DNA of 64,000 nt, taken from positions 868,001 through 932,000 of the forward strand of contig JBNJNM010000006.1 in NCBI GenBank assembly GCA_052426225.1. Reading direction: 5' to 3'. The DNA comes from Zancudomyces culisetae HAW-14-8 (lineage: Eukaryota; Fungi; Kickxellomycota). This document shows positions 51,294-63,294 of the stretch, in pieces. The notes under the pieces are model-generated. The model ran no database searches, was not told the DNA's origin, and saw only the letters and a list, made by a program, of their open reading frames with translations. A program made the translations under genes and the position numbers. How positions within the stretch are numbered: the first letter of the stretch is position 1; each line of letters opens with the position of its first letter.

Positions 51294-53318
51294 ATGAGTA
51301 AGCTGGGTGTAAATTTCAAAAGGGTTGGTAACCCTACAGATTTTATAAGACGGTTAACACCAACAGGATTTAAAGGTAAAAATGCAGTACCAGCACTAGG
51401 ACCAGTACGTACACGGCACGTTAACCAGATTGGTGACGGGTGCCTCGATGCAGACAGAGAAGCAGAGATAAAAAAGGATTTGATAGATTACAAAATACTC
51501 TACAGGTACGATCGATACCCGCAGTATGTTTCTAAGTATATAACCAACCTGATAACATCAAACAATCCAAATCTACAAGCCGAGCTTGAGTATGTAATGG
51601 CATTATATGAGACATGGCTCAAAACGATCTACAAAAAGGGCAATACAAAAGTGAGGCCAGATGTTCTGGGATCTGTTTACAGTACAATATTAGACGATTA
51701 CAATCAGAAAATGGCTGCTGATGGTCGGTGTGGGTTTGAGGCAGATAGGAGAATTCATCAGTTTTTCAAGAATGACAAGGTCTTTGCCTTGTTGGACAGC
51801 GACGTTGTAGGGAAGTATTTACAGCAGACTCTTGATAGTGGAAACCGAGCACAGTACCTAAACTTCGGTTTGATTTTAAGAAAGTTTGGGACATCCATTA
51901 ATGTTTCGAATAGGTCAACACTGTTGATAAAATATCTCGCCAATTTGTACAAATATAGCCATAAAACTTTCAAGATCAGGCCTCAATTTAAAAAGCCATT
52001 TGTTACCAGCGCTATTTATTTCTTGGTTCAGCAAGAGAGTGGCAATGATCAAATCAGCGAAGCCGAGCTTGTAAATGCTGCTTGTCAGTTAATCAAATGT
52101 CTGGATGTATATTCCCTAAACGATGCTCTACAGCTTATTCACAATTATAACGAGTACAATGATAAGCGCGGCAATTTGTGGATACTCAATAGTCACAAAG
52201 TGCAGTATTATGTGGCTAGAGCGATCATCAATGCGGCTATACCAAATCCGCAACCGCAACCGCAACCGCAATCACAACCACAACCACAAAATACTAGTAG
52301 CAAGTCCAGTGAGATATTGGATAGCAAAGCAGCGTATAACCGGAAAAGTGCTGTTATGAGAAACATGTTGTTATTGAAATATAAACAGCTCTTTGGTCTA
52401 TCTGGCAAAACAAATACCAAAATAACTTTACTGACAATAAAAAATCTGAACTACTTTGACTATGAAAACTATATACCAGACAAGTATTGGTATGCCTCTA
52501 TGAAGAAAATAAACAGAAAATTTCAACCAAAAACACTTTCCTTGATATACCCAAAACTCTGGATCAAGAAAAATGATTCCTCGTTGGTATTACCTTTAGT
52601 AACATTTCCAGATATCAAGGATAGCAACCAGATTACCTACTACTATTGGTATAGCAAGTATCTGTACAACCTGTTAGTCAACAATGTGCTAGACTTAACA
52701 GATGACCAACTTTTGAGCATTTTCAACAATAACCGGCACTTTCCTACACACAAACTCATAAATGGGCTGTTGTACTTTGCAGAACATCAGCTATTATTCA
52801 GGGGTGGTAGAAAGCATCTCTTCAGAACAAGCAACAATAACGGTAGCAGTTCTCCTACCTATAACTTTGCCCGTGCCGTGAGACGGTCGAATATGTCGAA
52901 ATTCCATTTGTTTTCCAGTATCAAAAAGCTGATTATAGAAAAGGACGACGAAAACTTGGAACTCAAATTGAAATCAATCCTGTCACTTTTATACTCAAAC
53001 AACGACAGCGTTAACAACAGCACTTCGACTCTACACAATTTATTTCTATATAAAATTTTGATCAATAAGCTAAAACTATTCGTCGATAATAACAGAAATG
53101 CCGATAATAATATGGATAAAGTTGACATGGATGCCCTTTCAGAATGGTTATACGATAACGTACACTCTACAGTTTCGCTACACCACCCAAATCCCACCGA
53201 TTTCAATAGAGTGTGGTCCAAACAAATGACACGGTTACTGATTTCTTCCCTTACCACCACCAACTCAACCATCACAACCAACATTTCCAAAAATGAAGTC
53301 AATAACAGTGAGGAATGA
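51294..53318 (+). CDS. Uncharacterised, possibly mitochondrial, helical protein with a (PQ)n tract
   Basis: 674-aa intronless ORF with a basic N-terminus poor in acidic residues. No recognised domain. Confidence 0.65.
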   Translation: MSKLGVNFKRVGNPTDFIRRLTPTGFKGKNAVPALGPVRTRHVNQIGDGCLDADREAEIKKDLIDYKILYRYDRYPQYVSKYITNLITSNNPNLQAELEYVMALYETWLKTIYKKGNTKVRPDVLGSVYSTILDDYNQKMAADGRCGFEADRRIHQFFKNDKVFALLDSDVVGKYLQQTLDSGNRAQYLNFGLILRKFGTSINVSNRSTLLIKYLANLYKYSHKTFKIRPQFKKPFVTSAIYFLVQQESGNDQISEAELVNAACQLIKCLDVYSLNDALQLIHNYNEYNDKRGNLWILNSHKVQYYVARAIINAAIPNPQPQPQPQSQPQPQNTSSKSSEILDSKAAYNRKSAVMRNMLLLKYKQLFGLSGKTNTKITLLTIKNLNYFDYENYIPDKYWYASMKKINRKFQPKTLSLIYPKLWIKKNDSSLVLPLVTFPDIKDSNQITYYYWYSKYLYNLLVNNVLDLTDDQLLSIFNNNRHFPTHKLINGLLYFAEHQLLFRGGRKHLFRTSNNNGSSSPTYNFARAVRRSNMSKFHLFSSIKKLIIEKDDENLELKLKSILSLLYSNNDSVNNSTSTLHNLFLYKILINKLKLFVDNNRNADNNMDKVDMDALSEWLYDNVHSTVSLHHPNPTDFNRVWSKQMTRLLISSLTTTNSTITTNISKNEVNNSEE

Positions 53319-53327
53319 CGATAATAC

Positions 53328-56300
53328 TTAATTTGTAGAAAAATATTTCAGTTTGGATTCAATAAATGCCAGTTTGATGTATAAATCCAGGTTTTCGCCT
53401 CTGTTTGGTTTAGTTTCTTGTGAAGTCTTTGGTTTTTTCAAATTTTTTAGCATGTCTTGTTTATAATTTCCACTATTGGTATTTCCACAATTATCATTAA
53501 CATTAACATTAACATTAGCATTGCCATCATTACAACTCTTGTTGCTATCTACTAAATCCTTAGCCGTGATAAAACTTTTGACTCTGTTTCCACTCCTATT
53601 TCTACCTTTGTTTTCTGGGGCGAATTTCTTCATTTTGCTAACAATGTTAGAATCGTTGTTCAGGCTTTTTGAGGCTCTATTGTTTGCAAAGTTGTTTTGA
53701 TTATACTTTGCATCCAAAGCATTGATATCCAGCCTGTAACTATTAGTGTTGGCGTTAGCAATAGCAATAGCATTAGCATTGGTATTTGTATTTGTATTTG
53801 TATCAATATTATTGTTAGTTTTATTTTTGGCAATACTTTTATCAGCAGCTCGTTTATTCATACTTTCAGCACGAGAAAAAACAGTGCTTTGAGTATTATA
53901 ATTATTCTTTTTGTCACCATTGCTGTCATTGGTATTATCTTGATTGTAAGAGTTGATTCCACCCGTTTCATAAAACTGAGAATATTCATAGTATTGATTA
54001 ATCATACTTGTACGTTCATTCTCCGCATTTTCATTATATACTTCTATGTTGTTATGGTGGTTAAGCCCAGCAACGTTTGAATTGTGTTTATATTCAACTT
54101 CTTCTCCAGAATCTATAAAATCTGCAGGATCTTTCTTGTCTTTGAAATCAAAGGAAGATGAGAGCATCAAGTGTTGTTTTATAAGGTTGGCTTGGTCACT
54201 ATATTCATTATCTTTGTGGTTCATGCGTTTATACATCTCATCAACAACTTGCTCGTGCCCCTCTTTATCCCTGCTCTCATTTATTTCTATATCAACTTCT
54301 ACGTTTTCTTTTCCGCCTGACCTTTTCTGTCGTATTTTTTTGTTATTCGGCCTTCTTTCCTCAGAGTGGTCAAGTATTTCGGATTGTTTACTAGTCCAAC
54401 ACTCTTCCAACCCCGCCAAACTCAAGCGATACTTGTACTGGTCTAACCTTTCTCTGGTTTCTAGGTCATGCACAGTCTTATTGTTGAATAGATACTCTTT
54501 AGAAAAGGAAACTTTGTTGGAATTATCGTGATTATACAATACTACTGAGCTTGGTCTTTGCTTTGAGTGGTTTACATGTGCGGACGAAAGAAGTTCAAGA
54601 TTGTTACTGATAATTGACTTGCGTATATTTTGCATGTGATGTGGATCTTTTCCACCACTGCTGTACCGCTTCAATATATTGTGAATATTATCACTGCTAT
54701 GTTGGTTACCAACAACGCTGGTATTACCATTACTTTCAGTAAGGGATGACAAGGATGATATTGTTGTCATGCTTGAGGATGTGTACAAATCACTGTCATC
54801 ATTTTGGTTTCCCATAGATTCTTTACTGCCATTATTATTGTCGTCAGCTTGAGTGTTGTTTAAAATTGTGTCATTTACAGGAAAATCAACAATTTCTCCA
54901 TCCTCAAATAATAAACTCTTTGCTGAATAATATTCCTCCTCCTCCTCCTCCTCCTCATCCTCATCCATACTACTTTCCACTTGAATTTCCCGTTCCTTTT
55001 CCACCTTGCTTTCCCCTTCTCTCCCAAATTCTCGGTTTATTACATAATCAACTACATTAATGATACCATTTCCACTTACACTATGATCAGTATCAAGTAA
55101 TTCTTTTGGTCCCATATCCACACTTGCATTTATTTTATCAATATCGTTATGGTACACACTTTCACTTTGATTCTGAGTTTGATTTTGATTCTGAGTTGTT
55201 TTCTTGTTTGCTTCGTTATACTGATTGTTGTCATTTTCAGAGGTAAATCCTTCAATCAAAAAAGACCCTGTCGAAAACTTTTTTAGCTCTATATTATCTA
55301 GTCTTTTATCAACACGTTGGGTTTTGTATGCATTGTCAGAATCAGCGTTTACATTTACATTTATAGTTGTATTTTCGATTAACCGTTCATTTCTATTCGT
55401 GTCGCTATTAGTGGGTTTGGTAAACTGATCCTTAATTGTAGTCAAGACTATTGATCTTCGGTTTGGTTGGTTTTGTGAATCATTAGCCATTTTCAACTCT
55501 GGTTTGATGTATATATTTTCGGCAGGAACTATCAGTCTTACAGGAAATTTATCTAGTTTTATAGTTCGATGTAAATGAACAGACCCCTTTGAGCTGTCAC
55601 TTTGTGTTTCTAAACTTTCTAAACTTTCTGTTGTAACTACCGAGATGTTTTCTTCACTATAGTTACTGATATTCCTCTTTAAAATATCTAATCTTAACTT
55701 GTCTAGTTTCTCCTTTTCTTTATGATACTCAAACTCGTCCATGTTTTTGTCAGTGAACGCTTTGAAGTTATCAACATTTTCATTTAAGCGATGGTTTTCT
55801 TTTAAGGGAGATCCTCTAACAGTCATAAAATGTTCGTCTTCACGACTAGAATTCACACTATCCACATTTTCAATGCTAATATTAAAGCTAATATTACCAA
55901 TACTATTGCTATTATTATTGACTGAAATACTCTTATTATTGGTTGAATAATTATCCGCTTGTCCACCCACTTCTTTTGATGGATCATATGATTTGACAGA
56001 TTGGTCATCTTCCATCCACAGGCTATCATCTTCATTTTGTTTTGTCATACTTTCAATAACTCTAGGCCTGATGTTTTGCGTATATTGCTGAATCAGCTGC
56101 TTGCTTGTCATGTATTGATTTGAAAAAGGAGAAGTGCTTTTTTCTACTGAAAGTGAGTCGTGTACTGAGTTTAACCTGTTGTCAATATTAGCGATTGGTT
56201 TAGACAAGCTGTTTTCTTCTCCATCAATGCTACTATTGCTGTTGATATTACTATTGACATTTATATTAATGTTTATATTACTGAAATCCTCACTTCCAAC

Positions 56301-57962
56301 ATAACCGTATTCACCTCGGCTACTATTTCCAACCATCGATCCACTATTTCCAAAAGTTCCAAATAATGCACTGTCCACCTCCCCAATTTTGAATCGCAAT
56401 CTATCACCACCAACTGTGCTGAGTTTAATAGGCGCAAGTTTGACCAGATCTTCAATCTCATTCTCATCCAAACCCCCGTTGCTGCTATTTTTGACAGCAC
56501 TTGCATTCAATCCCACTAGTTGTTTTTTTGCCTTTTCGACTGTGCCAGGCTGCGTTCTGTCATGGATATTCGATAAACCTTGTTCGTTTTCTGTATCTCG
56601 AGTCCTTTCGGATTTGATACTAGTACGGCTGCTGTTACTGTGTAAACTAAATCCTTTGGCTAAATCCTTTGTAATCTTTTTTAGCTGATCAAATACAACT
56701 AAAGAACTGCGTTGACTCGTTGATCTTTTGAGTTTGATTTTACTTTTCGTGCTGTTTCTTCTATTTACGTCAATTTCTGGTTGTACAGTATTGTCAAGTT
56801 GCTCATATGATACTGTTTTTCGAAGATTTGTACCTTTCTTGCTTTTCTGATCTTCGCCACCGCTCTTCCTTAGCTTTTCAAGATCAAGCATCAATCGCTC
56901 GGTACTGTCCACCTCATACCTAAATCTATAATACGGATCCTCCATTTGCAGCCTCACACTTCTCCAAAACTCCTCCTCCTTTGATTGTGCTGTTTTTATA
57001 CTCGACTTTCTTACCATTATCTTTTCTACTCCTTCTATACCTGTATTTTCATTCATAACCTCATTTTTTTGCTCGTTCTTCGCTTTTCTATTGAGTTTGC
57101 TCCTGATTCTACTGATAATTTTAATATTTTTTTCTATTATCCCCTTTGTTCGTTTCTTCAGACTGTTAACGCTTTTCACCGATCTCGGTTTCATAAACTC
57201 TGGAGTTTCAGGAAATTCTCCCAGCCAGTAATCCCTATTTTGTTTTTTACCATCAACTTCCAGATTGTTCTCTTGTTTATCCAAGTATTCGTTGTAGTAT
57301 TTTATAAATGCTGCCCCCGAGGTTGGTGTCGGAAATCTATTCATTTTGATACCCCCCTTATTTATTAGTGGATCGATTTCTGTTGTTAAATCCAGTAGGT
57401 GATACTTGTCGGTATTGATATTGTACTCGTGATTGTCGTTGTCGCCACCCTCAACCATGAGTGTATCATCAATACCACCACTATTATCACCGCTAGGAGA
57501 ATCAAAAATGTCGCTATTTTTGCTGTTCCTATTTGTTGTGTCTTGTACACGTGTGTTGTTCTCAGTATTACCCATTGCCTCGGTTTTGGTCCCAACCTCC
57601 TTTCCTACCTCCTTTCCAATCATTGTCTCATTCTCAAAGTCGGGTTCGACTGCAGATCTAAATCTTTGTTCTGTTCCACATTCAGGTCTATGCTTATGAT
57701 CTTGTTCAGTTACGGTTGTGTCACTGCTAACCATAGACATTCTTCGTTCCGTCCTCCCCCGCTTACTTTGCCCCTGTATCATACTATATATTCTTTTCAA
57801 TCCCCTAAATTTATTTAGCACAGTTTTTTCCCTATTCACCCCCACACCCTCTGAATCACTCTCCCCCTTATGATCTTCCTCTGCATGACCTAAAGAGCCT
57901 AGCTCCCTTTCCTTAATCCCTTTATATTTTTTCTTTTCTGTTTCTTCTCGACGTTTAATCAT
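53328..57962 (-). CDS. Very large low-complexity (N/S/E/K-rich, likely disordered) protein
   Basis: Uninterrupted ORF of more than 1,540 codons. First ATG at 57962 (the track starts at TTG 58037). Poly-E and NxNx tracts; no recognisable domain. Confidence 0.75.
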   Translation of the reverse strand: MIKRREETEKKKYKGIKERELGSLGHAEEDHKGESDSEGVGVNREKTVLNKFRGLKRIYSMIQGQSKRGRTERRMSMVSSDTTVTEQDHKHRPECGTEQRFRSAVEPDFENETMIGKEVGKEVGTKTEAMGNTENNTRVQDTTNRNSKNSDIFDSPSGDNSGGIDDTLMVEGGDNDNHEYNINTDKYHLLDLTTEIDPLINKGGIKMNRFPTPTSGAAFIKYYNEYLDKQENNLEVDGKKQNRDYWLGEFPETPEFMKPRSVKSVNSLKKRTKGIIEKNIKIISRIRSKLNRKAKNEQKNEVMNENTGIEGVEKIMVRKSSIKTAQSKEEEFWRSVRLQMEDPYYRFRYEVDSTERLMLDLEKLRKSGGEDQKSKKGTNLRKTVSYEQLDNTVQPEIDVNRRNSTKSKIKLKRSTSQRSSLVVFDQLKKITKDLAKGFSLHSNSSRTSIKSERTRDTENEQGLSNIHDRTQPGTVEKAKKQLVGLNASAVKNSSNGGLDENEIEDLVKLAPIKLSTVGGDRLRFKIGEVDSALFGTFGNSGSMVGNSSRGEYGYVGSEDFSNINININVNSNINSNSSIDGEENSLSKPIANIDNRLNSVHDSLSVEKSTSPFSNQYMTSKQLIQQYTQNIRPRVIESMTKQNEDDSLWMEDDQSVKSYDPSKEVGGQADNYSTNNKSISVNNNSNSIGNISFNISIENVDSVNSSREDEHFMTVRGSPLKENHRLNENVDNFKAFTDKNMDEFEYHKEKEKLDKLRLDILKRNISNYSEENISVVTTESLESLETQSDSSKGSVHLHRTIKLDKFPVRLIVPAENIYIKPELKMANDSQNQPNRRSIVLTTIKDQFTKPTNSDTNRNERLIENTTINVNVNADSDNAYKTQRVDKRLDNIELKKFSTGSFLIEGFTSENDNNQYNEANKKTTQNQNQTQNQSESVYHNDIDKINASVDMGPKELLDTDHSVSGNGIINVVDYVINREFGREGESKVEKEREIQVESSMDEDEEEEEEEEYYSAKSLLFEDGEIVDFPVNDTILNNTQADDNNNGSKESMGNQNDDSDLYTSSSMTTISSLSSLTESNGNTSVVGNQHSSDNIHNILKRYSSGGKDPHHMQNIRKSIISNNLELLSSAHVNHSKQRPSSVVLYNHDNSNKVSFSKEYLFNNKTVHDLETRERLDQYKYRLSLAGLEECWTSKQSEILDHSEERRPNNKKIRQKRSGGKENVEVDIEINESRDKEGHEQVVDEMYKRMNHKDNEYSDQANLIKQHLMLSSSFDFKDKKDPADFIDSGEEVEYKHNSNVAGLNHHNNIEVYNENAENERTSMINQYYEYSQFYETGGINSYNQDNTNDSNGDKKNNYNTQSTVFSRAESMNKRAADKSIAKNKTNNNIDTNTNTNTNANAIAIANANTNSYRLDINALDAKYNQNNFANNRASKSLNNDSNIVSKMKKFAPENKGRNRSGNRVKSFITAKDLVDSNKSCNDGNANVNVNVNDNCGNTNSGNYKQDMLKNLKKPKTSQETKPNRGENLDLYIKLAFIESKLKYFSTN

Positions 57963-60900
57963 TGTATTGTATTCAATCTTATTTCTCGAGTCCTTTTTGG
58001 ATATTCTAATTAATTTACATAAATCAACTTTGTTCAAATTCTAATAAATCTATGTCTAAACTACTACATAGGCGGTATAATTGTTATATGTTTTTAAACT
58101 AGCATACTGGGTATAATTACTTTAAATTTTGTAAGCGCTTTATTATCACTAAACATTATAATACTCAACACAAAAAAAAAGTCTAAAAAGTAAATGACCT
58201 TTTACTTTAGCTAGATATTTTAGCACAATAATTTAGTCGCTTTAACCAAACTCCAACCATGAACATAAATCCATGTTAATTAGTATGGGCTTTTTGTTGT
58301 ACACCTCTTTTATTTGATGTATTATTTTTCATTTCTAATTTTCAACGATTTTTAGATTGTTTAAAGTGTAAATAAGAATATCTATGTAACTACGCTTTTA
58401 AATTCCGATGAGTAATAATGATTGTAAAGCAGTTGGGAAAATTCTAAATAGAAGTTGTATACATTAATTAACAAATTAGTTCATTGGATATACCTTAACA
58501 TAAAAAAATATTTAACGATATTTAGGTAAACTGCGATCTTTTCATGGTTATTTAGCTATTAATTTCATTTTTTAACAATTTCGTTCAACTTCCCAACGTC
58601 TTTTTACTCAAAGTTACAACTCAAAATGGACTGGTGATAACCATATCGTTGGTAATTAGCAATTATTGTTGTTTTATGACTTTGGATACTATATCTTAGA
58701 GAAGAGAAGATTTTGCGTTTACTATTGTAGAAAATATTTATACATCAACCTAACTGTCATCTATTTAAATTATAATCGGTATATATTTCAAACATAAATC
58801 ACAATCTTATGAAATCTTTTAATATATTGATTAATAATTATTAAAACACAAAGTAAATATATTCTTGTATGGAGTATTTAATAAAGATCTATAATATACT
58901 TTATAGCTAAATTGGTAAGGCTCTGAATAAATATCACCAAATAATTAAGCAAAAATTTTCCCTAAGAAATTTTCCATCCAGGTAATTTTCGGCCAATCCA
59001 AACCTGGCAAGTCGGTTTTGAGCACTCATTCCGTTCATAGGGTCGTGGTTTTTGAGAAACAAAATATTCTTGATATATTCGTTTAATGAAATATCACTAC
59101 GCTTAATCACAATAACAATCTACATTTTCTCATTTGGTTATTATACTAGTATGGTTTACTTGTGTAAATGAAGGTATTCTTTATAAAACCAGATACTAAT
59201 AACAGTTGAAAAGTTAGAAACTGAAAATATTAAAGAGATGTGTATTCATTGATTTATATTTGATAAGTATAAATACAGATATAATGGTGCGAATCTAATC
59301 AATTATAGCTTGATGTTGGTCGGATATACCAAATATTAATAAATTCAAAGTTTAATTATAAGAGATTCTAGTCTTTAATGAAATGCTTTTGAACTTCTTG
59401 TATTTAACTAATCAATAACTTGTATTGTCCAAAATTTGAATTATAAACAAATCCTTGTATCTCAATTTAAAATTTAATAAATAAACTGTCCCAAATAAAT
59501 TAATTTGAGGTAGTCAACATGGTTTAAAATTACGGAAATTAGATGAACTGGGAACAGAAAAAATTGCTGAAATCCATGAACCACAGATCATCAAATTAAA
59601 TTATAATATTACTGTGTGTATATTTTAATATTTTATCAATATGATTACTGTGAACTAAGAATAGTCACAAGTACAATTAAAATAATATAAATCATATAAA
59701 TCAAGTAGATAAAAAGACTGTTGCTCATTTTGAGTTCTACAGGATATTAAATTTTGCCATCATTTTGCATACAACCATTTCAATTTAGAATCACATAGCA
59801 ATGATAACCCTAATTTAATATATTTACAAACTATATAAAAAAATGTGTTTTACAGATTATATCCATAACAATTCAGATGTAAATAAAATGAAATACAAAA
59901 TGTATACTTTAAATAAAGACCAAAGTTAATATTTTTTGATCTTATGTGTAGTTCACGGTAGGAAACATAGGTAAAGAGTTCACATTACTTAAAAATAAGA
60001 AATCTTGAAAAAAACAATTAAGTTGAGGAAATTAGAATATTAAATTAATCAGAACATTTTATATAAGAATGATAGTCTTAATTCGGTCAAGTAACATATT
60101 TATAAAATACTACTAACAGAAGCAATTTAATAGTTGGTACTCTATAGAATATATACACTCAAAACTATAAAACATTTTAATAATAAAATAAATACTAAAT
60201 TAACATTACCTACAACAAAAATAATGAGAACAAAGGAACTAGAAATGAGTACAAATTTAATTACCAAATAGTTGCTATAGATATTACAAAATAATTGTTG
60301 TTCATAACTAGTATAATTGAGTATATCACAAATTGTTTGTCATCATAAAATCATACAAGTATTGCACCGAACAACATTGTAATATGCCTCAAAAAGTCTA
60401 AAACGAAATAAAATTACATGATAAACAATTTTACCATTCATAGTCGATTAAGAAGTTTTAATAATTAATATACTTTTTATAATATATTCTATTTCTGACT
60501 TATTATTTATTGTAGTTTTTCTCTAAATTTTGAACTGAAAATTTCCTTAATTTTGAATTGAAAAGTTAATATGTATGATAGATAAAATAATAAATAAAAA
60601 GTTGCTATATTTGAAATATATAACTTCCAGTGAGTAATTTTACTTTTCAAAGCAGTATTATTATTTAAGTCTTATATCAAGAGCACACCACACTAACTTT
60701 AAAAAATTAACTAAACATATACTTATTTAATTAATAGTTGTTTTAAAGCATAATGTAATTATCATATTATACTGGGATTTTTTTATTATATAATATATAT
60801 GATAAATATGCATAAATATCAAAAAAAATTAACATTTAGCGAACCGAAACCAAAATAATACATAATTTGGAGTGATTCAAATTCAGTAAAAAATATAAAA

Positions 60901-61315
60901 TATACCAGATTTCTAACAAAATCACAAATTATTACAATAATAAATATAGTGTAAGAAACATATCAGATTTGAATAAATTATAGATGTTTATAGAAACTTG
61001 ATAACTTTTAGCTAAGCTAGAGTTGAGATGTGTGTAGAATTGTTTTAGTCAGAACAAATAATTCTACGACTACTTAACGGTAGAGTATTAGTTTAATTAT
61101 TATATCTATATCAATCTAATAAAATAATAAAATAATTGAACCATCTTGGAATTCTAAATAGAACACATTTAAATATAGTAAAAAAAATTAATAGTTTCAA
61201 TTAGAAAGGATAAGATATATTTGTAACTCGTGTAATTTTACTATTAGTTTTACAAACTTTATATTGATATTAAAATTATAATCACAAGAAATGTAAAAAT
61301 AAAAAAGATAACGTA

Positions 61316-61734
61316 TGTAGTATAACGGATACATAAATATTGCTAGCCAATCAATTCGATTTCTTAGAGAAGATAACTACCAATAGAGCAAGCGGAATAA
61401 ATAGTAATAACGATCTAAGATAGTAAAGTGAATAACAAAGCGATTATAACGAGAGCGGACAACGTTAATAGCATCTTTAGCTTTTCATTACAGAGTATAC
61501 TTTACATATACGTTTTTATATACTTATTAATTGTAATTGAAACCATACTGATATAGTATACTATTGTTAATAAATTATTATTAAAAATAATAAAAGCTAT
61601 TAAGAACATTCCTATTACGGCAATCAGAACCAAGAAGTGATCCGAGACAGAGTATAACTGCCATAATCAGTGATATACCAAAGTAAGCCATCACATTAGC
61701 TGAAATATTACAGTAGACAACCATTACATCTACA
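61316..61734. mobile_element. Possible old solo LTR ~70 bp 3' of the tRNA
   Basis: TGTAG...CTACA termini, 419 bp. Flanks ACGTA/ATATA match as a 5-bp TSD only if the CpG has decayed. Confidence 0.3.
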
Positions 61735-61802
61735 ATATAATACAATCAATCATAATTAGATCAATACAAAAAAAATAACTGAGAGTAAAATAGTTAAAAA
61801 TA

Positions 61803-61876
61803 TGCTCTGTACAGGGGTCGAACCTGTGACCTTGGCGTTATTAGCACCACGCTCTAACCAACTGAGCTAACAGAGC
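61803..61876 (-). tRNA. tRNA-Ile(AAU), intronless
   Basis: GCTCTGT TA GCTC AGTTGGTTA GAGC G TGGTG CT-AAT-AA CGCCA AGGTC ACAGG TTCGACC CCTGT ACAGAGC A forms a complete cloverleaf. A T5 Pol III terminator follows directly. Confidence 0.97.
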
Positions 61877-61883
61877 CGTTGTG

Positions 61884-62269
61884 TGTCGTGTGTGTTTATA
61901 ATACTTACACACACGCTAAGAAAGGACCAACGTTGAACCATTGTCCTAAAGTGGCCTTTTCACCATTGTGGTTTTTGCTACAATTAGTGGTTCAACGTTG
62001 TCTATATTTTATATTTTATTACTATGTTTATATATTAATACTTTCATAATAGTATAAACTATTTTAGGAAAAAACCTTTAAATACGACGAAACAAGATTC
62101 TAAGGAATCTTGTTCGAAATTCACTCAAAATCATAGCGTTTATATATTATTAAATAAAACAATTTATACTAAAAGACTATAAAAGAGTACCGAGCCAAAA
62201 TTAATATATACTCAGCCTCGTCGTACTGTAGTATATAAATTATAATAAAAGTTTTAAAAACATACGACA
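61884..62269 (+). mobile_element. Solo LTR A (386 bp), youngest in the stack
   Basis: TGTCGTG...TACGACA termini; perfect 4-bp TSD TGTG (61880-61883 / 62270-62273); terminal hairpin; shared LTR motif in the reverse orientation to B, C and E. Confidence 0.8.
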
Positions 62270-62271
62270 TG

Positions 62272-62671
62272 TGTTGTGTAATATTATTTTAAATATGTTT
62301 GCCTTTTTAGGGGCTTTGTACTCAACTCCGAACTCTATCGCACTTGTATAGTTTTTATCCTACACCCTTGCTAATAGTTCGTTTTCTGAAGTTAGTACAG
62401 TCGTAATTTTTGTATATCTTATTTTTGTTTTTTTCTTCAAAACTGTGTATCAATTATATATATCTTTTGTTATCTCTAAAACTAATTATAAAACTTTTCC
62501 TGATAACGACTAACCTGTTATCAAGGATAGAAATTGGATAAAACCCTCCATAGGGAGAAAAGTCCAATCTCCAATGAAATAAATATGATAAAATAAATAT
62601 GATAAACTAAATATGATAAATAAACTGCCAATCAAAGCTAGCAGGTATGAACTATCATTAATTATATGACA
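62272..62671 (-). mobile_element. Solo LTR B (400 bp)
   Basis: TGTTGTG...ATATGACA termini. After removing A in silico, the left flank GTTG matches the right flank GTTG (62672-62675). Motif AAAACCCTCCATAGGGAGAAAA at ~62540. Confidence 0.75.
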
Positions 62672-62673
62672 GT

Positions 62674-63064
62674 TGACAGAATTTAATTTTTCCTTTTAAT
62701 TTTTACCCGACTTTACCGCCTTAAGTATTTTGAAAGTTTATACTATTATCTAATAACTACCTGAAGATGGTAGGACCCAGATTCAATGGCTTAATGTATT
62801 TATTTTTGATTATAAACTAAAGAAAAAAGATACTGAATTCAGTAGGTCAGATACTTAGCCTTATATCTGATCTCTCATATTTTAAATAAACTAACTATAT
62901 TATAACTATATAAGAAACATTGATAAAATTAATATAAAATTAATATAAAAATTAATAGAGATTTACACGGGAAAAACCTCATAGGTGAAAAACACCGTGT
63001 AAGTCTTTGCACATCACATAAATGCACCCGTGTGATGTACATCCTGTCGCTCATTGATGCGACA
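62674..63064 (-). mobile_element. Solo LTR C (391 bp)
   Basis: TG...GCGACA termini, terminal hairpin TGTCGC-N8-GCGACA, motif AAAAACCTCATAGGTGAAAA at ~62972. TSD imperfect (reconstructed left CCGT vs right GTGT). Confidence 0.6.
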
Positions 63065-63068
63065 GTGT

Positions 63069-63291
63069 TGTTTTATAATTACATGTTTAACGTCCTACTG
63101 AGTAATATAATTACCCAGTATTATACAGGACGGGACTTTTATTAATATATATTAGGTCTATAATTATTGTGGAAGAAAAAGACAATTTATTAATTAATTC
63201 AAAACTAGACTATTTAATGGATAAAATAATACTATTTAAATTAACCAATAAAATACAAGGAAATACAGGTATATATTTCTACTATATAACA
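63069..63291 (-). mobile_element. Solo LTR D (223 bp)
   Basis: TGTTTTATA...TATATAACA (8/9 inverted match); perfect TSD GTGT (63065-63068 / 63292-63295). Confidence 0.7.
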
Positions 63292-63294
63292 GTG

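Noticed and set aside
3021-57818. Many antisense or alternate-frame ORFs in the track (e.g. 3021-3521, 11316-11954, 28957-29508, 37462-38070)
   Set aside because: Shadows of real genes on the opposite strand or frame, with compositions mirroring the codon bias or repeats.
62674-62998. Alternative end of LTR C at 62994 with a perfect TSD CCGT
   Set aside because: That CCGT is one arm of an internal hairpin next to the conserved LTR motif, and it would leave an unexplained 67-bp piece ending in an LTR-like terminus. The end at 63064 is preferred but not certain.
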